A stretch of 64,000 bases of DNA, taken from the NCBI RefSeq assembly GCF_009914755.1, contig NC_060932.1; one strand, 5' to 3'. Shown piece after piece: positions 21,030 through 33,550 of this stretch. The position numbers and the translations under genes were made by a program. Under the pieces are notes generated by a model, which saw only the letters and a list, made by a program, of their open reading frames with translations, ran no database searches and was not told the origin of the DNA. This stretch comes from the human T2T-CHM13v2.0 reference genome, Homo sapiens. Position 1 is the first letter of the stretch, and every line of letters starts with the position of its first letter.

Positions 21030-21636
21030 TGCAGACAGAACTCGGAACATGATAACCCAAAATATGACATCTTGGAATAGTGAGTGTCTTAAGCTGAAAA
21101 ATTAAGAAAACTACAGAAGCAGGAAGGTCTCTTTGACCTTCTCCTGTCCCCCTCTCTCCTCAAGCAGACCATAGAAACTAGAATTCTTTTTTTTTCCTTT
21201 TCTTTCCTGAAGTGGGCCATAAAACAAAACTGACCTTCCCCTGAAGTAGGTTATGCGACCCTAATTCCAAAAGACCCTCATTCCAAAAAGTCCTCCATCT
21301 AACTGGATGAAAGGACCATCCTTATCCTTGAAGACACAGAAAAGAATCTGAAAAATCAGGCCTTGCTGACTTCCCCCCAGTTTATTACCATTGTATTATC
21401 TTCCTTTTTCTCCAATCATGTTTCTTCACAACCATCTATTTTTTAAATCAGACTTAGCATAAAATATACAAAGATATTCCTGTTTTTTTTTCAGATCATT
21501 TCTGAGGCTTCTGTGTCACATACAATTTATAATAAATCAATTGGTATGCTTATATTAATCTGTTTTTTGTTATAGGCATCTCAGCCATGAACCTTGAGCT
21601 GGTTAAGGAAAAGATGGTACTTTTTCTCTCCTATGC
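21030..21636 (+). mobile_element. MER39/MER34-family ERV1 solo LTR
   Basis: cccaaaatatgacatcttgg, agaagcaggaaggtctct, cccagtttattaccatt, aataaa and ctcagccatgaacctt motifs. Confidence 0.7.
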
Positions 21637-21899
21637 TTACTACCATCTTTATCAGCAGCTCATGTCTTAATTTCTGGTTGGTCTTCCTGAAAACCAGGAT
21701 AGCCTCACTACCAAATAGAAAGTAATCAGTAAATGCACAGTAAGTAAAATATGGAAGTTGTTCAATCATTTTAAGAATTGCAGGGGTTCTTAGGGTAAAG
21801 AATATTTTATGGCTCAACAATTATGAAACTCTAACATGAAACAACAATTCAATACATTGATCATTCTCAGGCATTCATTATATTCATCTTTAAGAGATG

Positions 21900-22020
21900 A
21901 AACTGAGTTCAAAGATTGCTCGTTCATCTCTGTAATGCCAGTGCCTATTACAGAGCCTGATACCTAACAGACACTCAGTAAATGTGTGGCAAATGGATAG
22001 TGTTTGGATGAATGAACTAA
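21900..22020 (+). mobile_element. L2 3' end; further L2 ends at ~24340-24470(-), 24530-24670, 26600-26950 and 27640-27750
   Basis: ccagtgcctattacagagcctgatacctaacagacactcagtaaatgtg..gatgaatgaa, a typical L2 tail. Confidence 0.7.
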
Positions 22021-23399
22021 AGAATGGCACAGAATAGAGCAGCATTAGCAACTAGAATAAAATATTGTTGTGTCTGAATCAGACATCGGGTAAGATCACA
22101 ATAAATTTGTTAATAATAGTAAAAAATGAGAAGATTTTGAAATTTGAAAAGAATAAGAGTGAAAGTTAAGGCAAAAAAAGCATCATCTTAATTCACTTAC
22201 ATTCTCTTATGTTTTCTCAAGTGTAAGTTTTTTGAGGGTCACCTCATTAGGAATTGTTGATAATGTTTGGAATCTCCTGTCTCTTCTGCAGCCCTCCATC
22301 TAGATATATATCTTGTGATTGCATCACACATGTTTTGTGAATATCATGCATTGTGGTTCCATAGTAAAGTCCTTTTTGAGAACCACTGAAATATATCATC
22401 CAAATGATATATTTCCAATCATTTATAATAAAATAATTTTATATAATTATTTAAAATTAATCCTCATAACACTAAATAAAATGATATTTATATTAAACAT
22501 TATTTTTGCCTAATAACATAATATAAATCACACAGGAAAACAGTTACAGTTTTATTTAAACTTGAGTAGTAATTATTAATCATATATCATTACATAATTA
22601 CAAATTATTACATAAATGATTTGCTCTTCAAAGGAACATTTTCCTTAAGTTTCAATAGTTTCTAAAATATTTGAAAAATTGTTTGCTTAGAAATTTTTCT
22701 TTCTCAGTTTCTTCTCCTTAAATCAAGACAATTACATCCACAAGCTTGTAATAAATTTTTTATAAAGTTTTGGAAGAGTAAGGAGACGTGACATTCTCTT
22801 CTATATTATTACAGTAATTTTGAGGAAAACCTTGACAACCCCAAAAACAAAGTGAAAAGAAAAATGAGACAGGCACATTGTTTAATATACAACAAGCACT
22901 TTTTAATATTCTTTATACTATTGTTGGTTAATAGAACTTCTGAAGCTTTTTTCTTCCCCCATTGAAAACCAGGATTTGAGGTGACCCACAAGATTGATTC
23001 ATTTTCTGGGTCAACTGCAAAGAGGACAGAGTATCTTAGACTATTATTGAATAATAGAAGATATATGTAGTTAATATAGAAAGTATACAAAAAAATATAG
23101 TCTATCCGGAACATTGAGGAAAATACACTGGCATGCCTTCCCTATGTATAATATTGACACCATCAATAATATATCACAATGATGAAATGAGATAAAGTAT
23201 GTTAGCCATCTAGGAACATAGATAAGAACCCTTTCTGATCAATCTTTCACTATTTAAAAATAAGGTATTCTTTGATTTGCTCTATGGAATATGTCACTGC
23301 AGGGTATTACATTAGAGATGGGTATCCACTCTGAACTTTTGCAAGGCTATTTTCTGTGTTTCAGAACCAACTACATGTTTTCATTAATTTAAATAACTC

Positions 23400-24300
23400 T
23401 AGTCTTCTCTATATTCTTGTTTGCTACAAAATGACTCTTGAAAATGATAATTTCAGACTTTCAAGTCATTGGTCTTATTTTATTCCAAGCTTTTATTAAA
23501 TTGTTGGTAACCCAGAAGCTCCAGTATATGGTCACTTAGTACTTCAGCCCCATTGATCTTTCAAAAAATATTCTATTATATTGTAGTGAGTAGCTGAATA
23601 TGTATTTAAATAAAATTGTAAACAAGTCATTTCGTTTACATAATATATATTAAAATACATAATAAAAAATTAAAAATAATTATATAAAATAATTTTATAT
23701 AATTATTTATAATTAATGCTTATTACATTAAATAAAATCTAAACAAGTCTCCTTTCCACTTTTTATATACTTTGCCATTATGTACAGCAAATATTCTGAG
23801 AATGTAATTGGAGTACCTCTTTAAGATATCCAGCAATAATGTTACTCAACTGATTTATTTGTACATTTAATTAGAGAAAATATCAGGAAGCTCAAATATC
23901 AAAGCCACTTTTAAAAGATAACAATGTAGCCATTGTGGATGTTTAGAGGAGCTGATGCAGATTCTGAAGGCAACTTCTGGAGTTTTATGCATATATTAAA
24001 TATTGTTAGCATCATGGAACTAAGTGCATAACACACCAAAGGTGACTCTTTTGAAATGAACAGCACCTTTTGATGGATGAACCATAGTTCAACAAATCTC
24101 CCCTAGTTCCTGGGACTGCCTTTGCCTTTATGTTCATGGATGTTTTCTTAAGTTGTTGTGACAGGACAAGTGTGGAGAGGGAGGTTTAAGACCATGCTGA
24201 GGTAATTATTGTTGAAAAGAACTGAATTAAGTCAAAATAAAACTCACGAGAATGATCTTGATTTTTTAAATTGCCTTATGTAATTTCTGATGACCAGATT
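23400..24300 (+). mobile_element. Putative fossil hAT/Charlie transposase coding remnant
   Basis: Ordered degenerate motifs across frames: VCYK.TLENDNFRLS (BED-like), SNNVTQL, TSGVL..IK, CITHQR (CxxH) and GQV..RF. Confidence 0.45.
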
Positions 24301-26954
24301 ATTCCATTATCCAAGCCCAGGTCATGTGTCACCTCTTTTCTCATTCATTCATTTCCCCGCTTCCCCATTCAATAAGCACGAGCACCTGCTATGGGCCAAG
24401 CACTATTCCAGGTGCAAGGGATGACCAGAGAGAAAGAAGAAAATGATCTGTGCCATCACAGAGGCGATTGAACATTTTTTAAAAAATTATCTTATGGTGA
24501 TTAACATAGTTTTGTTATTTAGGCATATTTCGATTTCCTATTAGATATGAGGTGTTTTGATGTCAGCCTCATGGTCTAATTCATGAATATTTTCCCCATT
24601 GCACTTATCACAACGTCTTACCACTATAAAACCATTAAAGTGTGATGGATGAATGAATGATTAAATAGAGGACCAAATGAATCAATCTTTCTGGTCTGTT
24701 ATGTCTGAGCAATGCAATATAATTTTTAATCTTCTGAAATAGTACAACCTTTGGATTAGAGTCATATAAAATTGGCGGGCACCAAAAAGGTATTATAATA
24801 AAATTTTGAAAGTCATCCAAACCTATTTATTTGGAATTTTGGAATGCATTTTTATAACCTAACATAACCGAACGAGGAAGAGAGAAAAGGCTGAAAAAGT
24901 AGAATGATATATTTACCTAATAGAATTAACACTTACTTAGAAGAAGCCATTAATGTGTATTATAAAATAATAGTATTTTATGAAATTGCAGTAGGGGAGT
25001 TTTTTATACTTCCCTAAATATTTCTTTTTGCATAATAATGACATGAATACATGAACAAAGCTTAGAAATTATCTCTGCACTTTGGTTTATTTAGAAGGAG
25101 TTTCCTTTCATGTGTGTAAATGATCTTTGAAGAAATAAATTACACAGGTAAATTTTTTTTTAATGAGATTAATATGAACAAAATTTAGGGAAGAGAGGAA
25201 AGGAAATGTCTATTGGAAATGTCTTCCACTGAGGCATCTTCCTTCCTTTCTGAGATGTCATTTGGGTTTGGATTATTCTGCTCTGTTCTTTAGCTTTTAA
25301 TTTCTTCCTATACTTCCTGTCCCAACATTGTCATTTTATCTTTACTTTTTTATATACTTAAATTATTTTGGTATAAATTATTTTTGTTCATGAACAGAAT
25401 CAACTACAATATTTTTTATACAAGGTGTTTCACTTAACTTTAAAAATTGTCCTTCTGTTTCAAAAGTCATGGGGCAAGGGAAGGAGAATTTATTTCAAAT
25501 TTATGGGTTTGCCCAGAAATTCAGAGGTAGAGTTAGGCAATAGTAGTAAAATGGACTATAGTTCCTCACATGCACACACACATTTGCTTCACTCTTCCTT
25601 TCAAGATGCAAGATAGTTAGCATAGGGGAAGGCAAATGTTGGTCACCACCACTTGCCATCAATTTGCAAGACTGATGTCTAGAGAAAAGTTAGAAATGAT
25701 GGAGCTATGAAAGATGTTTGTCTTGAATCCCATAACTTTAAAAAATTGTGTATATGTAATGTTACATACCTGTGTACTCCTCTTTTCTTTCCTCTAGCAA
25801 AGGAAACCACTATCTGGTGTTTGGTGTTAATTATGTCCTTGGTTTTCTTTATGGTTTTGCCACTTACTTATGTATCTCTAAACAATGTATTATTTACTTT
25901 ATTTTTTTTAACTGAGTAAAAACTGCAAACCTAGCTGTGTAAGGAAAGGAGAATATTGCCACTATTAGATGAAGGTTCCAGGGAAGGTAAGCCAAATAGA
26001 ATTTCTGGGCCATGTGCTGGTCTCAACTTCCTTTGGAGTTTACAAGTGCCCCGCCTGAGGAAACTGGAAAAAGCCATGAATTTGTCCTAGAAAGCATAAA
26101 GAAATTTGGCAGAAAGGTGGGCCAGATGTGATACCAGATACCAAGAAGAAGCATGGCCATAGAGAGTGGGCTGCTTTCTGTTTTCTGTTTACAGCCCACA
26201 GAGGCCCAACTCCAGCTCTCAGGAGTATATTGAAGCAGAACCTTTTGGCAGGATAAAATGAGAGTCCTCAGCTGATCCAGGCATAAGGCTTAGAAGGGAC
26301 AGTGGGGACCTCATTAGCACATGGGCCAGTTCTCCTGAATGTTCTGTTCCTGCGTTTAAAAGATAGCAGAATTTTAGCAGGGATCTTAATGATGACAAAC
26401 CACATCACATTGAATAAAACTTTTGTAACCTATATTAGAAGCTCAAAGTACAGTGAAGTCTTCATCTCTAGAAAGAGAAACCTGTTATAACTCTTAAATT
26501 ACATTTCTCTATCTCTGAAAAAAACTTAAACATCAAACAGGTACTACATTGGCCTTAACACAGAATCAAGAAAGATCTGGTAAGATCTCATGCAAGCCTG
26601 TCTCTCTAACCTCATGTCTCACCACTTTCTCTGTGCTGTAACAATGCTCAAATATTGCACACCTTGGAACACATCCCATTTTTTATACCTCTTTGTCTCT
26701 GTTCATATTATTCTCTTGGTTTAGGGCTCACTTCCTGCCTAATTTCCCTGCCAAACTTCTCATCCTTTAAGATTCATATCTCTCTTATACAAGAATTATT
26801 CCTTCAGCCTCCTAGGTGGTACTTGTCTCTGTGCTCCCATAATACTTTTCACTTATCACTGGCATAGCCTTATCAAATTGTATTTTAATCATTTTTCAAC
26901 CTGCATATTCCCCCCACTTTCTGTGAGCTTCTTAAGATCAATGACTGCAACTCA

Positions 26955-29780
26955 TATATTGTTTAACCATAACTGTATACCATTATCACATCTAAATGCT
27001 AACAATAATTCCTTATTGTCATCAAATGTCCAGTGTTCAAAGTTCTCTGATTAACTCATACCTCATTTGTATTTGTTAATATAGGATTAAAAGAATGTCC
27101 ATATATTGCAATTGGTTGATATATCTCTTAAATCTCTTTTCATCTCTAAATTACTCTTCCATTTCCTTTCCTTTTCTTTAATCTTTAAATGTATTTGTTG
27201 AGGAGCTGGGTATTTTTCTTTAGAATTTCCATTGTCTTTCCCATGGAGTCATTTATTATGTGCCTCTGACTTTTATATTTCCTCTACATTGGTAGTTAGA
27301 TCTAGAAACCTGATCAAGCTTGAACATTTTTGGCAAGAGTTCATATATAATGTTGTGTAATTCCATTAAGAAACACATATAACTTGTTTATTTCTCATTT
27401 GTGATGTTAGTATTGATTGATGATTATTGCCTAGATCTGTTAGTTTATAAAGGCTGTGAAATAATGATGTTCTAATTCTAACATGTTTTCTTCATTTGTT
27501 AGCTGGAATACTTCCATATAGAGAAACTTTTGACAGCTTATTTACTAAAGGCGGGATAAATGCTTGATTCCTTACCTTTATTCACTATAATAGAAAATAA
27601 CAAGTGGTTCTCTGGCAAAAGACTAAGATTTGTTTTCTTTGGGTAATTAATGCTTAGTACAACAACTATCACATAAAAGAAATGTCCTAATAGCATGTTA
27701 TATGAGTGAATAGAATCAATAAATTAACACACAAGTTAAGTGAATGACTGAATCACACTGATTGTACACAGCCCTACACATACAACACATAGCAGCACTG
27801 TAAATAGCTGCTTCTTGAGATAGACCTGGAGGTCCTTAGCAGACTGATGTTCAGACATTCCAGGACCCAGTCATGCCCACTGAGTGCTGCATGATCCCAA
27901 ATAGGATGGGGGAACTGAGTTCTCATAGCCCCACTGCAAGATTATGTAGCACTGGATTGCTGCCTAATTGGTTTTGCCTTGTGTACTGATAATCATACTC
28001 TGCACTGGCTTGTGCACATCTTCTACTAAAACATTTCTTAGGCATGCCATTGACATGTCAGTGTACAATTATTGGTTTTTAGTATAGTTATGAAGGTGTG
28101 GATTTCTCTACATTTTTACCAACACTTGTTATTTTCTGTCTTTTTTATTATAGCCACCCTAGTGTGGGTGAACTGGTGTCTCATTGTGAGTTTGGTTTAC
28201 CTTTCCCCAAGGGTTAATGATGTTGAATAACTTTTCAGGTGCGTATTGGTCATTCTTTGGAGAAATGCCTATTTAGATATTTGCCCATAGTTGTCCCTTA
28301 TCAGATATGTGATTTTCAAATACTTTCTCCTATTCTATGGGTTGTCTTTTCACCTTCTTGATAGTGACATTTGACAGAAAAGTTTTCAACTTTTGGTGAA
28401 GTTTAGAAAAATTTATCTAATTTTTGCTTTTGGTTTCATATCTATGGAGGCTTTCCTAACCCAAGCTGCAAAGATTTACCCCTGTGTTTTATAGTTTTAG
28501 GTCACCCTAAAGGTCTGCAATCCATTGGAGTTAATTTTTGTGTATGGTGTGAGGAAGGAATCCTCCATCATTCCTTCACATGTGGATATCTGTAGCTATC
28601 CCAGTACCATTAAAAAAAGAAGACTATTCTTTCTCCCATTGATTGCTTGAGCACACTTGCAAAAAGTCAGTCAACCATGAAGATGCAGTTTTATTACTGA
28701 TTCTCAGTTCGATTGCAACAATCTATATCATTAACCTTATACCAGATCTGCACAGTCTTGGTTATTGCAGCTTTGTAGTAAGTTTTGACATTGGTAAGCA
28801 TGAGTCCTCCAAGTTTGTTCTTTTTCAAAATTGTTTTGGCTATTTTGGGTCAGTTGGCTTTTTACAAAAATTTTAGGATCAGCTTGTCAATATCTCCAAA
28901 AGACAGCTGGGAAAGAGCTTTGAGACCCACCTTCACCTTTAAGATGTTATCGAGGTACATTACAATGATAAGCTTTCTAATGTTTCATTTCTGGGAAAGC
29001 CTTATTTAATCTTTTTATATGTGTATGTGTGTAATATTTTATAACATATTACATGTAAGTAATATGTACATATACATATTATATAATCATATGTTATACA
29101 TTGTTTACATAGCATATATAATAGCATGTGCATAGATTTGTTATGTATATTATTTGTTTCTATGGTCACAAGTGGGTATGGCCTACAGTTTTCTGTTCTA
29201 GAGTCCTTCCTTTGGTTTTATATCAGGGTTAGGCTAGTCTTCCTAAATGGGTTGAATAGTTTCTTTTAGGTTTAGACTGACCTCATTAAATGTGTTGGAG
29301 AGTTAACTTGCACTTATTTTCTGATTTCTGAAATAGTTATTAAAAATGGAAAATGTTCATTGCCTTCATTCTTAGAGTTTTAGTTGGAATTATCTATTAA
29401 ATGGACTGGGCTACTGCATTTTAGATGTCAGTGTAAGTTAGGAGGTGTAGTTAATGAGTACAGCTATAAATAATTTCATTGTCATTGGGCTATTTTAATA
29501 CTCTAATTTTGAACAATAGTACTTTCTAATAACCAAAAATTATACTTTCACACATTCATTGGTGTAGAATTTTGTATAGCAGCATCTTAAACATTTTTCC
29601 AACTCCCATGTATGTATAGCTATTTTTTTGTCATTGTCAATTTTACCTTGTCTCTTATTTTTTAATAGCTTTCCAAAGTTTTTCTCTTTAAAATTGTTTC
29701 TTTCATTTTTTGTCCTATTGTTCAAATATCAGAAAATTCTATATATATTTTAAAGTATGTCTATTCGGTAAAGTTTCTTT
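26955..29780. mobile_element. Mosaic of old L1M fragments (L1MC/MB/ME-like) with an L2 piece and TA-rich low complexity at ~29010-29150
   Basis: Antisense ORF2 motifs at 28100-28900 (tatagccaccctagtg, ggtgtgaggaagga, gagtcctccaagtttgttc). Confidence 0.65.
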
Positions 29781-30145
29781 CCCCTCAGTTTTATAGAGTA
29801 TAATTGACAAATAAAGATTGGATATATTTATGGTGTACAACTTGACGTTTTGGTATATGCATACCTTGCAAAATCATGAAATCAATAATTAACATATATC
29901 TCTCACCTCACAAACTTTTGTGTGTGTGTGATGAGAAAATTTAAGATCTATATTTTTGGCAATTTTTAATATGCAATACGTTATTATTAACTGTAGCCAC
30001 ATGCTGTACAAGCTCAATGTTTCAGAACTTATTCATCCTGTCTAACTGAAACTTTTTTACCTTTTGACCAACATCTCCACATTCCTCTTCCCTCCCCCCA
30101 GCCTCTGGCAACCACCATTCTACTCTCTGCTTCTATAAGCTTGAC

Positions 30146-30226
30146 TTTTTTTTTTTTTTTTTTTGAGACGGAGTCTTGCTCTGTCACCCAGGCTGGAGTA
30201 CAGTGGTGCGATCTCAGCTCACTGCA
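30146..30226 (-). mobile_element. Severely 5'-truncated Alu inside the L1MA
   Basis: Poly-T plus about 63 bp of the Alu 3' end; TSD agcttgacttttt on both sides. Confidence 0.9.
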
Positions 30227-30376
30227 GAGCTTGACTTTTTGAACTCCAAACATAAGTGAGATCATGTAGTGTTTGTCTGTGGCTGGCTTATTTTACTTAG
30301 CATAATATCTTCCAGGTTTATCCATGTCATTACAAATGAACAGATTTCCTTATTTGAAAAGATTGAACAGTGTTCC

Positions 30377-30378
<2 letters not shown>

Positions 30379-30406
<28 letters not shown>
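30379..30406. repeat. (TG)n microsatellite
   Basis: About 14 TG units. Confidence 0.95.
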
Positions 30407-30410
<4 letters not shown>

Positions 30411-33089
30411 CGCACATAAGCATCCATTGACAGATAAATGGATAAAGAAAATGCAGCACATGCATATATATAAAGAAAATGCTGCATTTTCTTCATCCAT
30501 TTATCTGTCAATGGATTTTTAATTTGATTCCATATCTTGGTAATTGTGAAGAATGCTGCAATGAACATAGGAATGCAGGTATCTCTTCAACGTACTGATT
30601 TCATTTTTTAAAATTTATATACCCAGAAGTGGGATTGCTGGATCATATAGTAGTTCTGTTTTTATTTTTTTGAGGAATATCCATGCTGCTTTCCATAATA
30701 GTTATGCTAATCTACATTCCCACCAATGGTGTACAAAGTTTTCCATTTTCTCCACATCCTTGCAACATTTGTTGTATTTTGTCTTTTTGATAATAGCTAT
30801 TCTAAGAAGTGTGAGGTGATAGTTCACTGTGGTTTTTATTTGCATTTCCCTAATGATTAGAGATATTAAGGATTTTTTTCATATGCCTGTTGTCCATTCA
30901 TATGTTTTCTTTTAAGAAATGTCTGTTCTCATCTGTTGCCCATTTTAAAATTGGGTTATTCATTTTCTTGATATAAAGTTGTTTGAGTTCCTTATAATTT
31001 TGAATATTAACCCCTTATCAGATGTATGATTTGCAAACATTTTCTCCCTTTTTGTAGGCTGTCTCTTCACTTTTATTTTCTTTGCTGTCCAGAAACTTTT
31101 TAGTTTGATACAATCTCATTTGCCCAGTTTTGCTTTTGTTGCCTGAGCTGTGGGGGTCATATCCAAAAAGTAATTTCCCAGACCAATGTAAAGAAGCTTT
31201 TCCCTACGTTTTCTTTTAGTAGTTTTATAGTTTTGGGCCTTACAATTAAGTATGTAATCTATTTTCAGTTGAGTTTTACATAGGGTGCAAGAAATCAGTC
31301 TAATTTCATTATTTTGCATGTGTATATTCAGTTTTGCCAAAACCACTTATTGAAGAGCCTGTCCATTCCCCATTGTGTGTTCTGGCTGCCTTTGTTGAAG
31401 GTCATTTGACTGTAAATGTGTGAATTTCTTTTTGGGCCCACTATTCTCTTCGATTGGTCTATATATTTGTTTTTATGCCAGTACTGTGCTGTTTTGATTA
31501 TTATACCTTTGTGGTATATTTTGAAGTCAGGTGGTGTGATGCCTTCAGTTTTGTTGTTTTGGCTCAAGATTGCTTTGGTTATTCAGGATTTTTGTGGTGC
31601 CATACAAATTTTAGATTTAAAAAAATTTCTGTAAAAACATCATTGGAATTTGTAATAGGAATTTCATTAAATCTGTAGGTCACTTTGAGTAGTATAGGAA
31701 TTTTAATGATATTAATTCTTCCAATCCATGAAAATAAGATATTTTTCCATTTATTCTTTTCAATTTATTTCATCAATATTTTATAGTTTTCAAGGTAGAA
31801 AACAATGTAGAAACTCCCTGGTCAAATTTATTTCCAAATATTTTTTGTATTTTTAAAATGCTATTATGTAGAATTTTATTGATTTCTTTTTTGGATAGTT
31901 TGTGGTTAGTATACAGAAATGCTGTTCATTTTATAGCTGATCTTGTATTATACAACTTTATGGAATTTATCAGTTCCAAGAGTTTTTGGTGAAATCTTTA
32001 CAGTTTTCTATGTATAAGGTCATGTCATCAGCAAAGAGGGACAATTTTACTGCTTTCTTTTCAATTTGGATGCTTTTTATTTCTTTTTCTTACCTAATTG
32101 CTTTGGCTAGGACCTCCAGTACTATATTGAATAGAAGTGGTAAGAGTAGAGATCCTTGCTTTGTTACTAATCTTAGAGGGAAAGCTTTCAACTTTTTACG
32201 GTGGAGTATAATGTTAACTGTAAGCTTGTCATGTGTGGCCTTTATCATGTTGAGAAACATAACAAAAAGAATATCGGTGTATTCTTTCTGTAGTTATTTG
32301 TTGAGAGTTTTAATCATAAATGAGTGTTGAATCTGTCAAATGCTTTTTCAGCCATCTATTTAAATAATCACATGATTTTTATCTTTCATTTTATTAAATC
32401 ACATCAATTGATTTGTATATGTTAAACCATCTTTGCAACCCAGAAATAAATACTATGTAATCATGGTATATGATTCCTTTAATGTGCTGTGGAATTTGGC
32501 TTTATATATTTTTTGAGGATTTTTGTGGTTCATCAGGGATGAAGATTCTTGATTGCATATGTCTATTTGTCTTAATTCTCTGTATGTCTATTTTATAAAA
32601 ATTCTTATGTTATTTAATTCCTCTTACTCTTGGTTACCTTTTGACTGAAAAAGCATGACATTTTTCATAGCAATTATTTGTGTATTTTTAATACTTTAAA
32701 ATATTTTGATTGGCATATATATATACACACACTTCTTAGAATAGCTATCACCAAAAAGACAAAATACAAGTGTTGCAAGTATGTGGAGAAAAGAGAAACT
32801 TTGCACACTATTGGTGGGAATGTAAATTAGAACAACTGTTAGGAAAAACAATATGGAGATTCCTCAAAAATTTAAAAACAGAACTACTATATGATCACTT
32901 CTGGGTATATGTATATATATATTTTTAAATGAAATCAGTACATTGAAGAGATACCTGCATCCCTACATTCATTGCAGCATTCTTCACAATTACCAGTAAA
33001 AATATATTTATAAATATGTGTATATATGTGTATATATATATTTATATATATATGTGTTTATATATGTATGTGTAAATATATACAATTTT

Positions 33090-33222
33090 AAAAATTCTCT
33101 TTGGTAGAGATGAGGTCTTGCTATGTTTCCTGGGCTAGTCTCCAACTCCTGGACTCAGGCAACACTTCTTCCTTGGCTTCCCAAAGTGCTGTGATTACAA
33201 GTGAGAGCCACTTTGCCCAGCC
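33090..33222 (-). mobile_element. FLAM/AluJ left monomer, preceded by TA/TG low complexity (33000-33085)
   Basis: gtagagatgaggtcttgctatgtt...cccaaagtgctgtgattaca..gcccagcc. Confidence 0.85.
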
Positions 33223-33550
33223 TGCTTTATATGTTTGAACATACCTCATATTCATAAAGTTTTGATGCTGTTATGTGTTCTTAGTAGATTGTTCCTTTTA
33301 TCAATATTAATGATCATTTTTTATTTCCTGGAAATTTTACCAGGAAAATTTTTTACTGACTTGTACGACAGGAAAATTGCTATATAATCATTATGTTAGT
33401 ATTTGGCAGATTTTTTAAATATCCCTTTGTTTTTTAACACTTTTCTTTTTCAGGTTTGTCTTTTGGTAAATAATAAATAGCTACATTTTTATCTTTATAG
33501 CAACCTGACATCTCTGTCTTTTAATAGGTCTAATAAAACAATTCAGATTA

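Larger units (their letters stand above)
29790..32540 (-). mobile_element. L1MA-family element (3' UTR plus ORF2 part)
   Basis: L1MA 3' UTR (cttattcatcctgtctaactgaaactt, cagcctctggcaaccaccattctactc) and ORF2 remnants such as GITPPDFKIYHKGIIIKTAQYWHKN. Confidence 0.88.
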
